In this document: positions 1 to 9,853 of the stretch, piece after piece | Numbering within the stretch: the stretch's first letter is position 1 | Layout of the letters: the number at the start of each line of letters is the position of its first letter | Virus record (IMG/VR): IMGVR_UViG_3300017492_000028 | Coordinates: 1 to 64,000 of that record | Source: a virus | Taxonomy: Duplodnaviria > Caudoviricetes | Reading direction: 5' to 3' (one strand) | DNA: 64,000 bases | Translations under genes and position numbers: made by a program | The notes under the pieces: generated by a model | Told to the model about the DNA's origin: nothing | What the model saw: the letters and a program-made list of their open reading frames with translations, nothing else | Databases searched by the model: none

Positions 1-3000
1 ACATTGGAGTATCAAGTCGTCCGTCAGGAGTTCTTCTTTCAAATCTATCAATAATAGCTAGATTCTTATTAAGTTGGTCTTCAAAACCAAATTCGGCACT
101 ATATTTAAAATACTTTTGATTAAGAGCTTGCATAGCATTGATGTATTTTTTAAGTGCCCTATAACTAGCATTACTGTAAATTACAGCTTTACGATATGCT
201 TCTTCATTTTTTCTTCTATCTGGTAATGGATTTCTATAAGGGTCATATTCTTCACGAGGAACATAATTTCCGTCATCATCAATAAACATTGGATTAGTAA
301 GTCTATCTAATTCTTTATTAATTTGACTTAGTTCATCAACGTATGCTGGATCAAGATTTCCTTGTGCATCAATATGACTTCTTAATTCATATTGTTTATT
401 TCTTAATCTATTATATTCTTCAAGAACAAGTCTGTGAGCTTTATATCTCTCATCAGTTTCTATTTCTGCATCAGGGTCTTCTTCATCAAAAGGAGATTTA
501 ATTTTATCAACTCCTATCATATCATTAAGAATAGCAAGTCTGGCTTTATAATAATCATCAACTAATGGTTGTTCTGTATGAAGAAGTTTAAATTTGTCAT
601 ATTTATATTTAGCTAATGTTGCGGCTGTAGTCCAACTGCCATTTTCAGAAGCAATCCTAATATTTTCTCTTAATTGCTCAAGTTTTGTTTTAAATGCTTC
701 ACTATATTTTGTATGACGTTTGCCCTCTCTATTTACTATTTTATTAAAATCAATACTAACTCCAGCAGATTTAGCTTTACGCTCAAGTTCTTTATACCAC
801 CTATCAAGTTTAACACATTCGTCTTTGGCTTTCATTTCAGCTGCACGAACTGTTTTCATTGTTTCTTTTGTAATAACTTGAACAAGAGGATTTCCGCTTT
901 CTTGTAAACCGTTTATCCAAGCATTTATCATACTTGTTCCATGATAACCGTCAAAAATAGTAAGTAAATCAGATTTGATATTAGGGTTACTGCTTAATTT
1001 GGCAAGATATTCATTACCAAAATTAATATATGCCTGACTAAGTAAAGAATTACTGCTAAAATCATTAATTAAATCTTTAATCTTTTTAAGGTCATTATTT
1101 AAGTCCTCATCTTCTGAACTAACATTTAAGTCAGAATAAATACTAAGATTCTGAATAAGGGCTTTACTACTAAGAATAAGTTTTAAAAAACGAAGTTTCT
1201 CAGCAGGATTAGATTTAATAACTTGGATAAGACGAGGATCTCCTATGTTGAGATAACCTCCCGTAGAAGAATCTGCAGTAAAATACATAAATTGCTCTTC
1301 AAAGTCTTTAACAGCATTAGTCACAAATTCAGCTGTGGCTTTGATAATTTTAGCTTGGTCTCTATCATTAACTTCTTCTTGCTCATCACCTACGATATTA
1401 TTTATCTTTTTATTTGCATCCTTAGCAGAATCAAGACCTTGTTTAGACAAGTTTCTAATTGCTTTTAATCCGGCTTCTTCTACTTCAGCAATAGACGAAG
1501 CATGAACAGTACTTTCTTCTATTTCAGGGGCTACAATGTAAACATCAGAATAACCAAGATTTTTACCAAGAGAATTTACATCTTCCTGTAACGATTTAAT
1601 GACATTATATTTGCTTGTACCACTAGCATCCTTAATATATTCAATATCGTCACCACGATGATCATATTGAAGATATGTAGAATATTCTCTAAATGGGGCT
1701 TTATATATTCTATACATACCGTCAAGACCATTTATCTTAACAATAGCCCCATTATCTCTTCCTGTTCTATTTATGACTTGCTGTAAAGCAATACTACGAA
1801 GATATAGGGAATGCCTGGATTCTTCTCCTGTAAAATGATCAATAATAGATTGTTTAACTCTATTAAGACCGTCTTTTACAACTCTACCATTAATTTGTTC
1901 TGGTATATTATTTAAATCAAGTTTCTGATTAGGAACAACTGAAAAACGTTTATAAATTGTTGATGAATCTTTTGTAGCATCTGGCGCAAGATATTCATTT
2001 TTACGTTTTTCAAATTCTTGCATAAATTCTTCATCCGTTGTAACAGCAATACCACTTTCATACTCTGTCATCATATCGAGATAATATTGCATGTCAGGAT
2101 ATTCATTATTAGCTGGATTAGAACTAAATTTGCTATTTTCATTAATTTCAAGTTTGTTAATGGGAATGAGCCAAATATTATTACCACGTTGACATATTTT
2201 ATAAAGAGTATGGTCATTCTTTTTATTAAATCTAAGTTTAACATAAGCATGTAATGGTCCATAAGCAAAACCGTTATCTCCATCTATCTCTTGCTCCCAT
2301 TCAAACTCACCTATTTGATATTTATTGATTAAATCAATATTATCTTTACTCATTTCAATACGTATTGCACCGTCATATTTAGGACTAAGCTCGAAATCCG
2401 AGTTATTGTGTTTCTGTACGTCAAATGCCGAAATACCCCTTAAATTTGTGCTTTGCCGTACAAAATTGTGTCGGATGAGTAATCTATCATCCCTTGAGAT
2501 AGAACTCTGCAAATCGGAAAATAAATTATTAAGTTCCCTAGTAAATCCTATACCATATTCAATAGCACCGTCATTTTCCCTATCACTATACAGCAAATCA
2601 TTAGGTACATATTTGCTAATACTATTATTTCTCATCTTAAATCCTTCAACAACAAACGCATACTTTATTATATCAATAGCTGTAGCTTGTATTAAAGGGT
2701 TAGTATTATTAAACATCTTTCTAAATTCAGAAAACATTAATTCTGAATTAACAGAGTCATCTACTATTTTTAAAGTTTGAGCACCAAGTCTATCACTACC
2801 AGAATTATTGAAATTAGTAGTAATATAATTAGTAAGTATTCCGTCAGAAAAATTATAACGAATAAACTCTAATTTTTGAGCAGGACTAAGTTTAAGGAAA
2901 GCATCTATGTCTTCTCTACGGGGGGCGTTTACATCAGTAATTATAACCTGATGTGATTTACCTTCTTCATCTGTATATGAAAAATCCGCTGGATAATCAA

Positions 3001-6000
3001 AACCAAATAAACGTTTTCTTTCAGCAGCAACAATATCTATATTGGATTCATTTTCATAAGTTGGTCTATTTGGATAGAATTTGCCATTTTTATAAACAAG
3101 AGGATATTTAATACTTTCAACTTGATTATAAAGATAATTAAGTATGTAAGTTTGATATTCGTTATATGCTTTTTCAGTTATGTCAAATCTACCTTTATTT
3201 AAAGCATACTCTAAGTCATAAAGCATAGTTTTAAAGTCACCACGTCTAGTAGGAAATAATAAGTCATTAACCTTAACACTAGTAGCACTAACATATTTAA
3301 GAAAAGCATTTACCATAGGATAAGCACTTTCTTCAGTGTTTCTGCCGTCAGAAAAGTCAGGATAAATAGCATCTAAAAGATTATTATCACCGACACGAAG
3401 ACAAATTGGGTTACCATCTGCTTCTTGAGATTGCAGATATTCCATATCATCAAATACCTTTTGGGTAGCAAACAGACTTTGTTTAGCACCAAATTTGTCA
3501 GGCTTAGTAAGCATAACAAGCTGATTAATTTTATCTCCTAGTGTTTTAAGACTTTTAAACCTAAGTATAGTTCTTAAATCATATAATATATTATCCGCAT
3601 TATTACCACTATTAAGTCTATCAATTTGGCGTTCTGCGTCAAGAACTGCTGGAGTAAGCTTTTCTATATGAAAATAATCTTTTACTGCTTCTGTTATATC
3701 CTTAATAGAACTATATTCTGTGAATTTATTTCCATTTATATCTCTTATAGGCAGTTGCAAAGCAATTTGTCTAAATGCTGCATCAATAGGATTAAAACTA
3801 GCATTAGAATATATTGAATTAGATCTATTATACTGATTTACTATAGCACTAATCCCAGGCAATGCTAAGAAACTAATAGCGGTGTCATAATTACTACCAA
3901 TATCTAATATTGTTTTGAATGCATTAAAAGTATAATCATTTTCATTAAATATAGCTCCTTCTTTAATTGCGTCAAGAATGTGAGCAGTAGTCTCAGAACT
4001 ATAGCATGTAATAAGTTTACCGTCAACATTAAGATTGTCATTACTCCAGCCAAACATTTTATGCTTAACCAGAATTTTACCATTATTAAGAACTTCAGCA
4101 TTACCAAATCTAGCCTCAAGTTCTTCTTTTGTATATTTATTAGCAGAATAATAAACAGAAATAGTATAGTTACTACTTAATGTAGCATGGCAAGTATTAC
4201 AAATAGAAGTAAACGCATCTCTATTAACGCTAATCGCTTTAAGAGCTGCACCACCCATTGCATCAGTTTGATATGCAGCCTGGTCAAAAAAACTATATGG
4301 AGAACGAGATTTCTTAGCTTGACTAATACGACTTGGTTCACAACGCATTTTAGCAGACGTAATGTCATCAAAATTACTACGAGAAAGATTTTCTTCAAGA
4401 GTATTTGGATCCATCATTATATCAAGCATTATTTGCACAAGTTCATTATCTCGTTCTTCACGAGCAGTGTTTGTTATATTAAATTCCTCTTCAGAAAGTA
4501 AATCGTTTTGAGCAGCATAATTTCTCCAATTAAATTTAGGGTCATTAGATAATTCTTTATCTTCATCAGTCATATTACGACGAAGATAATATTTATAAGA
4601 ACCTTTTACTTTATGAATATACCCTTCTTTATCTAAATATGAATTAAACTGTATTCCATAAACAGAGTCAATATCAAAGTCAGAACCTGTTTGAGTAACC
4701 CAACCGTCAGGAACAATAATAGTAGAGCCATAAGCGTCATCAGTAAAACCAACAACTTTCATTACGCATATTGATTGCTTACCCTCTGTAGGTATACGAT
4801 AACCAATTATAGTATCAAGACCTGCATCACGTAATTCTTTGAGTAAATCTTCGTCACTCTTTAAAGTTCCGTCTGGGCGAGTATATTTTAATCCAAAATT
4901 AGATTTTGGAAGCATAACTTCAATATATGGAGCAGTTTTCTTTTTAAGATTCTCTTTTTTATCTGAAGAAAGATTTTTATATTCTTCTTCTGAGTACCAC
5001 TTTTTACCGTCTGTCCAAGCCTCTGGATGATATGCAAGTTCTCTACTATAAATAGCATTTTCAACTTGATCACTTATAGGTTTCCAGCCAATACCTGTAA
5101 CCTGAGCGACATGAAAACCCGGAAGTTTTTGTCTAGTAATATTATTATTAAACAATGCTTGAGCCATATTTTCTAGTTTTCTAGAAACAGTACTCATATA
5201 CATTGGCATAATAGTAGCAGGAATTTTAGTAGCACCATCACTTATAAGAGTAAAGTAGTCCATCATATTACTATCAAGATTCTGACGGACAGCTTCATCT
5301 TTAAGCATATCGTATAATTTCTTAAAATCTAGTCCTTTAATATTACCATTTTCATCTAAATCAAAAGTTCCATTATCTTTTAGCTTAACACCTAAATTAG
5401 TCATTAAAGATTGAAAACTATATCTGATATTAGCTTCATAAACTTTAAAAAATCTCTTTTTATAAGGATTAGCAGAATCTAAATTATTTAGTATTTTCCT
5501 CATAATTTGATTACTTGCTTTATTCTTAGCATTAAGATGCTCAGGTGTTTCTTGCTGTGTATAAAGATAATTATAATTATATGCTTCAGTAGCATATTCT
5601 ATATTCTTCGCAAAATCACTGTTTTGTGTTCCATTTTGCGCATCTTGTATGATTTGCTCGTTAATGTTACCTTTATTATCCCAAAGAGTAAGAACATTAT
5701 GCTTACCTGCTTTAGAAGTTTCTTCTGTATTAAGCTGGTCAATATTATATTTTTTCATAATATTAGCAACAGCCTCAAGTTGAGTACCTCTAACAAGTCT
5801 AGGAACTAATACAAATTCAGCATTTTTAATTTGTCTAGGAGCGCAAACGTTAAGATTTCCGTCATAACTTAAATCATAATAGAAATTCTTTTGAACTTTA
5901 ATAAATTCTCCAATAGTTTTTGCATCAAGCGGTTTGCTTTCATCAAGTATTGCATCTATAAGAGGTTTATATTGTTTTAACTGACCTTTGGCAGCAATAC

Positions 6001-9000
6001 GCCTAATCCACTCATCAAAACTTATATAGGATTGTGCATCATTAGCCTTAGTAGCTTCACCGTAAAAACCGTGCATTAAAGCTTGTGCCTTAAAAGTAAA
6101 TTTGGCTCTAGCATTTGCTGATTTATCTTTAGATTGACTTATCCAATTTTCTACTAAAGCGTCAACTAATCTACCATTTGGACCAGTAACAGGGTCAACA
6201 CGAACTGTATTCTTAATAGTTACAGCTCTAAATCTATCATATTGCTTAACTCTATATCCACCAAAAAACTCAGTTTTATCAAGTTCAGTATTTTTCAGTA
6301 CATGTTCTTCTTTATTTTTATCTTGACTATCAAAGAAAAGATTAGTATTGACTATACCAAATGGAAGACCGCTACCTTGAACTTCTTTTGCTCGTTTAAG
6401 TTCATCTTGACTACTCTTATAAAATTTACTATCACCCTCAAACAAATCATTAAACGACATAAAGGCAAGAGCATAATTAAGAGCAAAATTCGTAATATGC
6501 GCATCATCGACTGTAGTCCCATCAAGAAAATCTCTGTAACTATTAATTTCTCGTCTAGCAACATTTATAGTAGCTTGTATATAATCCGCAATAGCTTTAT
6601 CAACAGTTTCAGTTTGCTCAACAGTAAGACGTGGAACTCCATTGCTATCAACATGAAGATAACTATTTGTGTCTAGCCCCCCGTAGAGAAGATTGATATG
6701 TCCTGCATCACCTCCTGTAAAATCTTCATTAAATACTTTATCTAAGAAGTTAACACCAAGAACAGTAAATTTATCAGAATGAAACACGTTTCCTGTAAGT
6801 TTACCACGTTCAATTATTTCACCTTTATAATGATATTGTTTGTATAATCTATTTTTATCTTTTGCAACATCTTTAATTCTATTTGGATCAACAACCATTC
6901 CGTCAGATGTTGTTTCAAATATTAAATTTAAGGCGTCATGAGCATCTCTAAGTTCTTGTATAAACTGTTTTTTAAACAACCTAAATACAGGATGTTGTCT
7001 ATTTACAGTAAATTTAAGTTCATTATTAGCTATTGCATCTGCTTTAAACTTAGTTCTAACACCTTGCAGCAGTGTTTCATTCCAAGCATAATTATTTAAT
7101 GCTGTACCAACTAATTGAACATCTGTTATTCTATAATTACCATTAGATTCTTGGATAGGTTTACCTTTAATAACAATAACCTGAGAACCCTTACCGTTAT
7201 TATAAGTACAATAAACACTTACATTACCGTCTTTATCCTTATTGTGCATAAACTGATAACTTTTAACGCTTATATCACCTATCTTTTTAGATGTTAAAGC
7301 TGATATAGCTTGTTTAGTTGTAAGTTTATGCTCTACACCGAAGTTATATAATGCTTCTTCTGCCGAAGTTAACACAGGAATACTATTAACTTTAGCTTCT
7401 ATTGTTCTATTAAATTCATCCTCATTTTCTATAGTATATATGCCCTCTGTATCATATCTTACACTAGTTACTTGGTAATTCTTTGGTGCATCAGAGGGTG
7501 TTCGCATGAAGTAAGTTGCAGTTTTGTAACCTCTTTCTTTAAGCAGCATATCAGCAGCTTTATTGCCATGAAAGAAATTAATATAACCAGTAGCAATATA
7601 ATCACCTGTACTCATTTTAGAATACATAACATGACGTTGATTACCACGATTTGTTGCACCATTAAACAAAGAAATACTTATTAGTCTGCTAGCATATTCT
7701 GTTGGAACAATATTTCCATTTTCATCCTTTCTAAACAGTCCGGGATTTATTGGACTTTCCATAAGAATATTACTGAAATCGTATTGATGACTTAAAAATT
7801 TAATTTTAGCAAAACTATTAAGCGCGTCCTTGGATTTAAGTAATCTTCTAATGTTTGTTATAAGACTATCATTAAGCACATTACTTGATTTGTTACCCTC
7901 TACGTTTATAGAATTAAGTTCTGTATCTTCAACAACAAAATCTTTAATCAAATAAGCTATCTGCTGTGCAGCATTATCCGCATTTACTTCAACATACGGT
8001 TCGGAGTATATTGCTGATAAACTTTTATAATCTGACTTTGTAGGAAATTCACCATTAGAATATTTATTCCAAATTTCCTGTCGTTTTTCAAAATCTTTAT
8101 TTTTTGAGTTAGTCAGTAAATCATTTATTCTTTTAGCTTCAAATAATCTAGCTTGTCTATCTTCATATTGTAATTGTGTTTTCTTTACACCTTGTAATAT
8201 AGTAGCTAGATTGCCCATAAGAAGCTGGAAGTTCTTTTTAGTATTTACTACACCGTCAATTTTATGATTACGAATATAATAAGCTAATGTAGCATCTGTA
8301 ATACTAGGCATTACAGATTGTATTAAACTAGTAACTTTTTCTAATAAATGAGCTTCAGCTTTGGGGTTTTTAGCTTTACCTTGTTTATTAAATGTAAGTT
8401 CAATTAAACCAAGTTGTTTATTTGGATTTCCTGCAGCATTTACACTATCACCAGTTATGTCAGAATAAATATTGTCTAAATAATCAAAGTCTGTAGTAAT
8501 CAACGAATTGGATAGTTGATTACGTAATTTATATCCTAATGAAGTAACTTTGTCGGATTGAGCATTTCTAACACGAACTGTAGAATCAGCGCCATTAACT
8601 ACAGTTTCTGTTTTAACCATTATCTGCTTTCTGAATGTTCTAAAGAATTTAATAGCAAAATCTGCATCTTTCTCACATTGTCTAGCAATCATTTCAAGAG
8701 CACCAAATTCTGGTATTGCTTCAGCTTTACCATGTAAACTATTTATCATACTTGATATATCAGTATAATCAATAGTACTTCCGTCGTAAAGCAGCTCACA
8801 CCATTTATGAGCACCCAAAGCTCTAACTTGTCCTATATCATTAGAATAATCATAATCCCATTTAGTAATACCTTTTGGTGTAACACCTAAATCTTTTGAA
8901 CTTTTTAATACAGGGAGCATAGCAAGATATACAGATATTTCTTCAGGGATATGCTCTTCAAATGTCTTAAATTCTCCACTGTGATTATCAAAGTTTTTAA

Positions 9001-9799
9001 TACTTTCGTCTTTAGTTTCTTCACTTATAGATTGCTCATCCCCCGATAAAGTATCATCATCCTCAATTTCTTCATTATATTCCTCTTCTCGTTTATCCTC
9101 CTCAGATTTTTCTTTTTCTATAGCGCGAAGTTCTTTAGTCATAAACACCGTATCAAATAAATCTTGTGATACAGTTTTATCATGGTCATCGCTAAGTCTT
9201 ACACCACTAAATGCTTCTTTAAATAAAGCATAAAGGTTTTTATCTTGATAAGTAGCATTTTCAGAATCAAATATTTCATCTATTACATTAAAATCTTTTT
9301 TGGCCCATATAGCATTTATTTCTTCCAATGACTTACCTGTTATATCAATAGCTCTACGCTTAATTGCTTTTCTTAAATTTACTTTAGCCATTCCAATATA
9401 ATGGTCTCTAGCATCACTTTTAGGAACACTGCCATTTAGTTTGTCATTAAGATAATTGGTAGCAATAGTATAGCGTAAAAACTCTATACCGTCTTGACGT
9501 CCTTTGTCAGTAACATAACCTTGTATTTTTCCGGTATATTGATTTTTAACAGTTGCACGAGCATTAGGAACTTTATAATAATAATACTCTCTAATATCGC
9601 TAGCCATTTGACGACTATTAGGGGTATTAAAATTAGGCTCCTTATTATACTTTGCTTTATACCAATCTTTAAACCCTTGCAACGGAGTTCCGTTACTAGC
9701 CATAGCCTCACAAATGTAATTACTTAGGGTTGTTTCATTACATGTTTTTGCAAGTGAGAGAAAGGCTTTAGTACTTTTTTGTTCTAAACTACAATACAT
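1..9799 (-). CDS. Virion RNA polymerase (crAss-like, phi14:2 gp66-type), 3'-partial, >=3266 aa
   Basis: Not in ORF track (no stop in window). ATG at 9799 (MYCSLEQKSTKAF...). Frame checked open at 9799-9250, ~6680, ~4670, ~2915, ~1260 and 1-90, not codon by codon throughout. GYRIPTEGKQS...PDGWVTQTGSDFDIDSVYG with catalytic DFDID at 4667-4681. Confidence 0.93.
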   Translation of the reverse strand, partial: MYCSLEQKSTKAFLSLAKTCNETTLSNYICEAMASNGTPLQGFKDWYKAKYNKEPNFNTPNSRQMASDIREYYYYKVPNARATVKNQYTGKIQGYVTDKGRQDGIEFLRYTIATNYLNDKLNGSVPKSDARDHYIGMAKVNLRKAIKRRAIDITGKSLEEINAIWAKKDFNVIDEIFDSENATYQDKNLYALFKEAFSGVRLSDDHDKTVSQDLFDTVFMTKELRAIEKEKSEEDKREEEYNEEIEDDDTLSGDEQSISEETKDESIKNFDNHSGEFKTFEEHIPEEISVYLAMLPVLKSSKDLGVTPKGITKWDYDYSNDIGQVRALGAHKWCELLYDGSTIDYTDISSMINSLHGKAEAIPEFGALEMIARQCEKDADFAIKFFRTFRKQIMVKTETVVNGADSTVRVRNAQSDKVTSLGYKLRNQLSNSLITTDFDYLDNIYSDITGDSVNAAGNPNKQLGLIELTFNKQGKAKNPKAEAHLLEKVTSLIQSVMPSITDATLAYYIRNHKIDGVVNTKKNFQLLMGNLATILQGVKKTQLQYEDRQARLFEAKRINDLLTNSKNKDFEKRQEIWNKYSNGEFPTKSDYKSLSAIYSEPYVEVNADNAAQQIAYLIKDFVVEDTELNSINVEGNKSSNVLNDSLITNIRRLLKSKDALNSFAKIKFLSHQYDFSNILMESPINPGLFRKDENGNIVPTEYASRLISISLFNGATNRGNQRHVMYSKMSTGDYIATGYINFFHGNKAADMLLKERGYKTATYFMRTPSDAPKNYQVTSVRYDTEGIYTIENEDEFNRTIEAKVNSIPVLTSAEEALYNFGVEHKLTTKQAISALTSKKIGDISVKSYQFMHNKDKDGNVSVYCTYNNGKGSQVIVIKGKPIQESNGNYRITDVQLVGTALNNYAWNETLLQGVRTKFKADAIANNELKFTVNRQHPVFRLFKKQFIQELRDAHDALNLIFETTSDGMVVDPNRIKDVAKDKNRLYKQYHYKGEIIERGKLTGNVFHSDKFTVLGVNFLDKVFNEDFTGGDAGHINLLYGGLDTNSYLHVDSNGVPRLTVEQTETVDKAIADYIQATINVARREINSYRDFLDGTTVDDAHITNFALNYALAFMSFNDLFEGDSKFYKSSQDELKRAKEVQGSGLPFGIVNTNLFFDSQDKNKEEHVLKNTELDKTEFFGGYRVKQYDRFRAVTIKNTVRVDPVTGPNGRLVDALVENWISQSKDKSANARAKFTFKAQALMHGFYGEATKANDAQSYISFDEWIRRIAAKGQLKQYKPLIDAILDESKPLDAKTIGEFIKVQKNFYYDLSYDGNLNVCAPRQIKNAEFVLVPRLVRGTQLEAVANIMKKYNIDQLNTEETSKAGKHNVLTLWDNKGNINEQIIQDAQNGTQNSDFAKNIEYATEAYNYNYLYTQQETPEHLNAKNKASNQIMRKILNNLDSANPYKKRFFKVYEANIRYSFQSLMTNLGVKLKDNGTFDLDENGNIKGLDFKKLYDMLKDEAVRQNLDSNMMDYFTLISDGATKIPATIMPMYMSTVSRKLENMAQALFNNNITRQKLPGFHVAQVTGIGWKPISDQVENAIYSRELAYHPEAWTDGKKWYSEEEYKNLSSDKKENLKKKTAPYIEVMLPKSNFGLKYTRPDGTLKSDEDLLKELRDAGLDTIIGYRIPTEGKQSICVMKVVGFTDDAYGSTIIVPDGWVTQTGSDFDIDSVYGIQFNSYLDKEGYIHKVKGSYKYYLRRNMTDEDKELSNDPKFNWRNYAAQNDLLSEEEFNITNTAREERDNELVQIMLDIMMDPNTLEENLSRSNFDDITSAKMRCEPSRISQAKKSRSPYSFFDQAAYQTDAMGGAALKAISVNRDAFTSICNTCHATLSSNYTISVYYSANKYTKEELEARFGNAEVLNNGKILVKHKMFGWSNDNLNVDGKLITCYSSETTAHILDAIKEGAIFNENDYTFNAFKTILDIGSNYDTAISFLALPGISAIVNQYNRSNSIYSNASFNPIDAAFRQIALQLPIRDINGNKFTEYSSIKDITEAVKDYFHIEKLTPAVLDAERQIDRLNSGNNADNILYDLRTILRFKSLKTLGDKINQLVMLTKPDKFGAKQSLFATQKVFDDMEYLQSQEADGNPICLRVGDNNLLDAIYPDFSDGRNTEESAYPMVNAFLKYVSATSVKVNDLLFPTRRGDFKTMLYDLEYALNKGRFDITEKAYNEYQTYILNYLYNQVESIKYPLVYKNGKFYPNRPTYENESNIDIVAAERKRLFGFDYPADFSYTDEEGKSHQVIITDVNAPRREDIDAFLKLSPAQKLEFIRYNFSDGILTNYITTNFNNSGSDRLGAQTLKIVDDSVNSELMFSEFRKMFNNTNPLIQATAIDIIKYAFVVEGFKMRNNSISKYVPNDLLYSDRENDGAIEYGIGFTRELNNLFSDLQSSISRDDRLLIRHNFVRQSTNLRGISAFDVQKHNNSDFELSPKYDGAIRIEMSKDNIDLINKYQIGEFEWEQEIDGDNGFAYGPLHAYVKLRFNKKNDHTLYKICQRGNNIWLIPINKLEINENSKFSSNPANNEYPDMQYYLDMMTEYESGIAVTTDEEFMQEFEKRKNEYLAPDATKDSSTIYKRFSVVPNQKLDLNNIPEQINGRVVKDGLNRVKQSIIDHFTGEESRHSLYLRSIALQQVINRTGRDNGAIVKINGLDGMYRIYKAPFREYSTYLQYDHRGDDIEYIKDASGTSKYNVIKSLQEDVNSLGKNLGYSDVYIVAPEIEESTVHASSIAEVEEAGLKAIRNLSKQGLDSAKDANKKINNIVGDEQEEVNDRDQAKIIKATAEFVTNAVKDFEEQFMYFTADSSTGGYLNIGDPRLIQVIKSNPAEKLRFLKLILSSKALIQNLSIYSDLNVSSEDEDLNNDLKKIKDLINDFSSNSLLSQAYINFGNEYLAKLSSNPNIKSDLLTIFDGYHGTSMINAWINGLQESGNPLVQVITKETMKTVRAAEMKAKDECVKLDRWYKELERKAKSAGVSIDFNKIVNREGKRHTKYSEAFKTKLEQLRENIRIASENGSWTTAATLAKYKYDKFKLLHTEQPLVDDYYKARLAILNDMIGVDKIKSPFDEEDPDAEIETDERYKAHRLVLEEYNRLRNKQYELRSHIDAQGNLDPAYVDELSQINKELDRLTNPMFIDDDGNYVPREEYDPYRNPLPDRRKNEEAYRKAVIYSNASYRALKKYINAMQALNQKYFKYSAEFGFEDQLNKNLAIIDRFERRTPDGRLDTPM

Positions 9800-9821
9800 A
9801 ATATTATTTATTAAATTAATA

Positions 9822-9847
9822 GCAGGAGCAATTTGAATTACCCCTGC
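9822..9847 (-). terminator. Possible intrinsic terminator/hairpin upstream of the vRNAP gene
   Basis: GCAGGGG...CTCCTGC stem on the minus strand; weak U-tract. Confidence 0.35.
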
Positions 9848-9853
9848 CGTATA

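Noticed and set aside
674-9727. Many short ORFs in the track overlapping the vRNAP gene
   Set aside because: Antisense or off-frame shadows of the long minus-strand ORF; same for the plus-strand ORFs overlapping other late genes.
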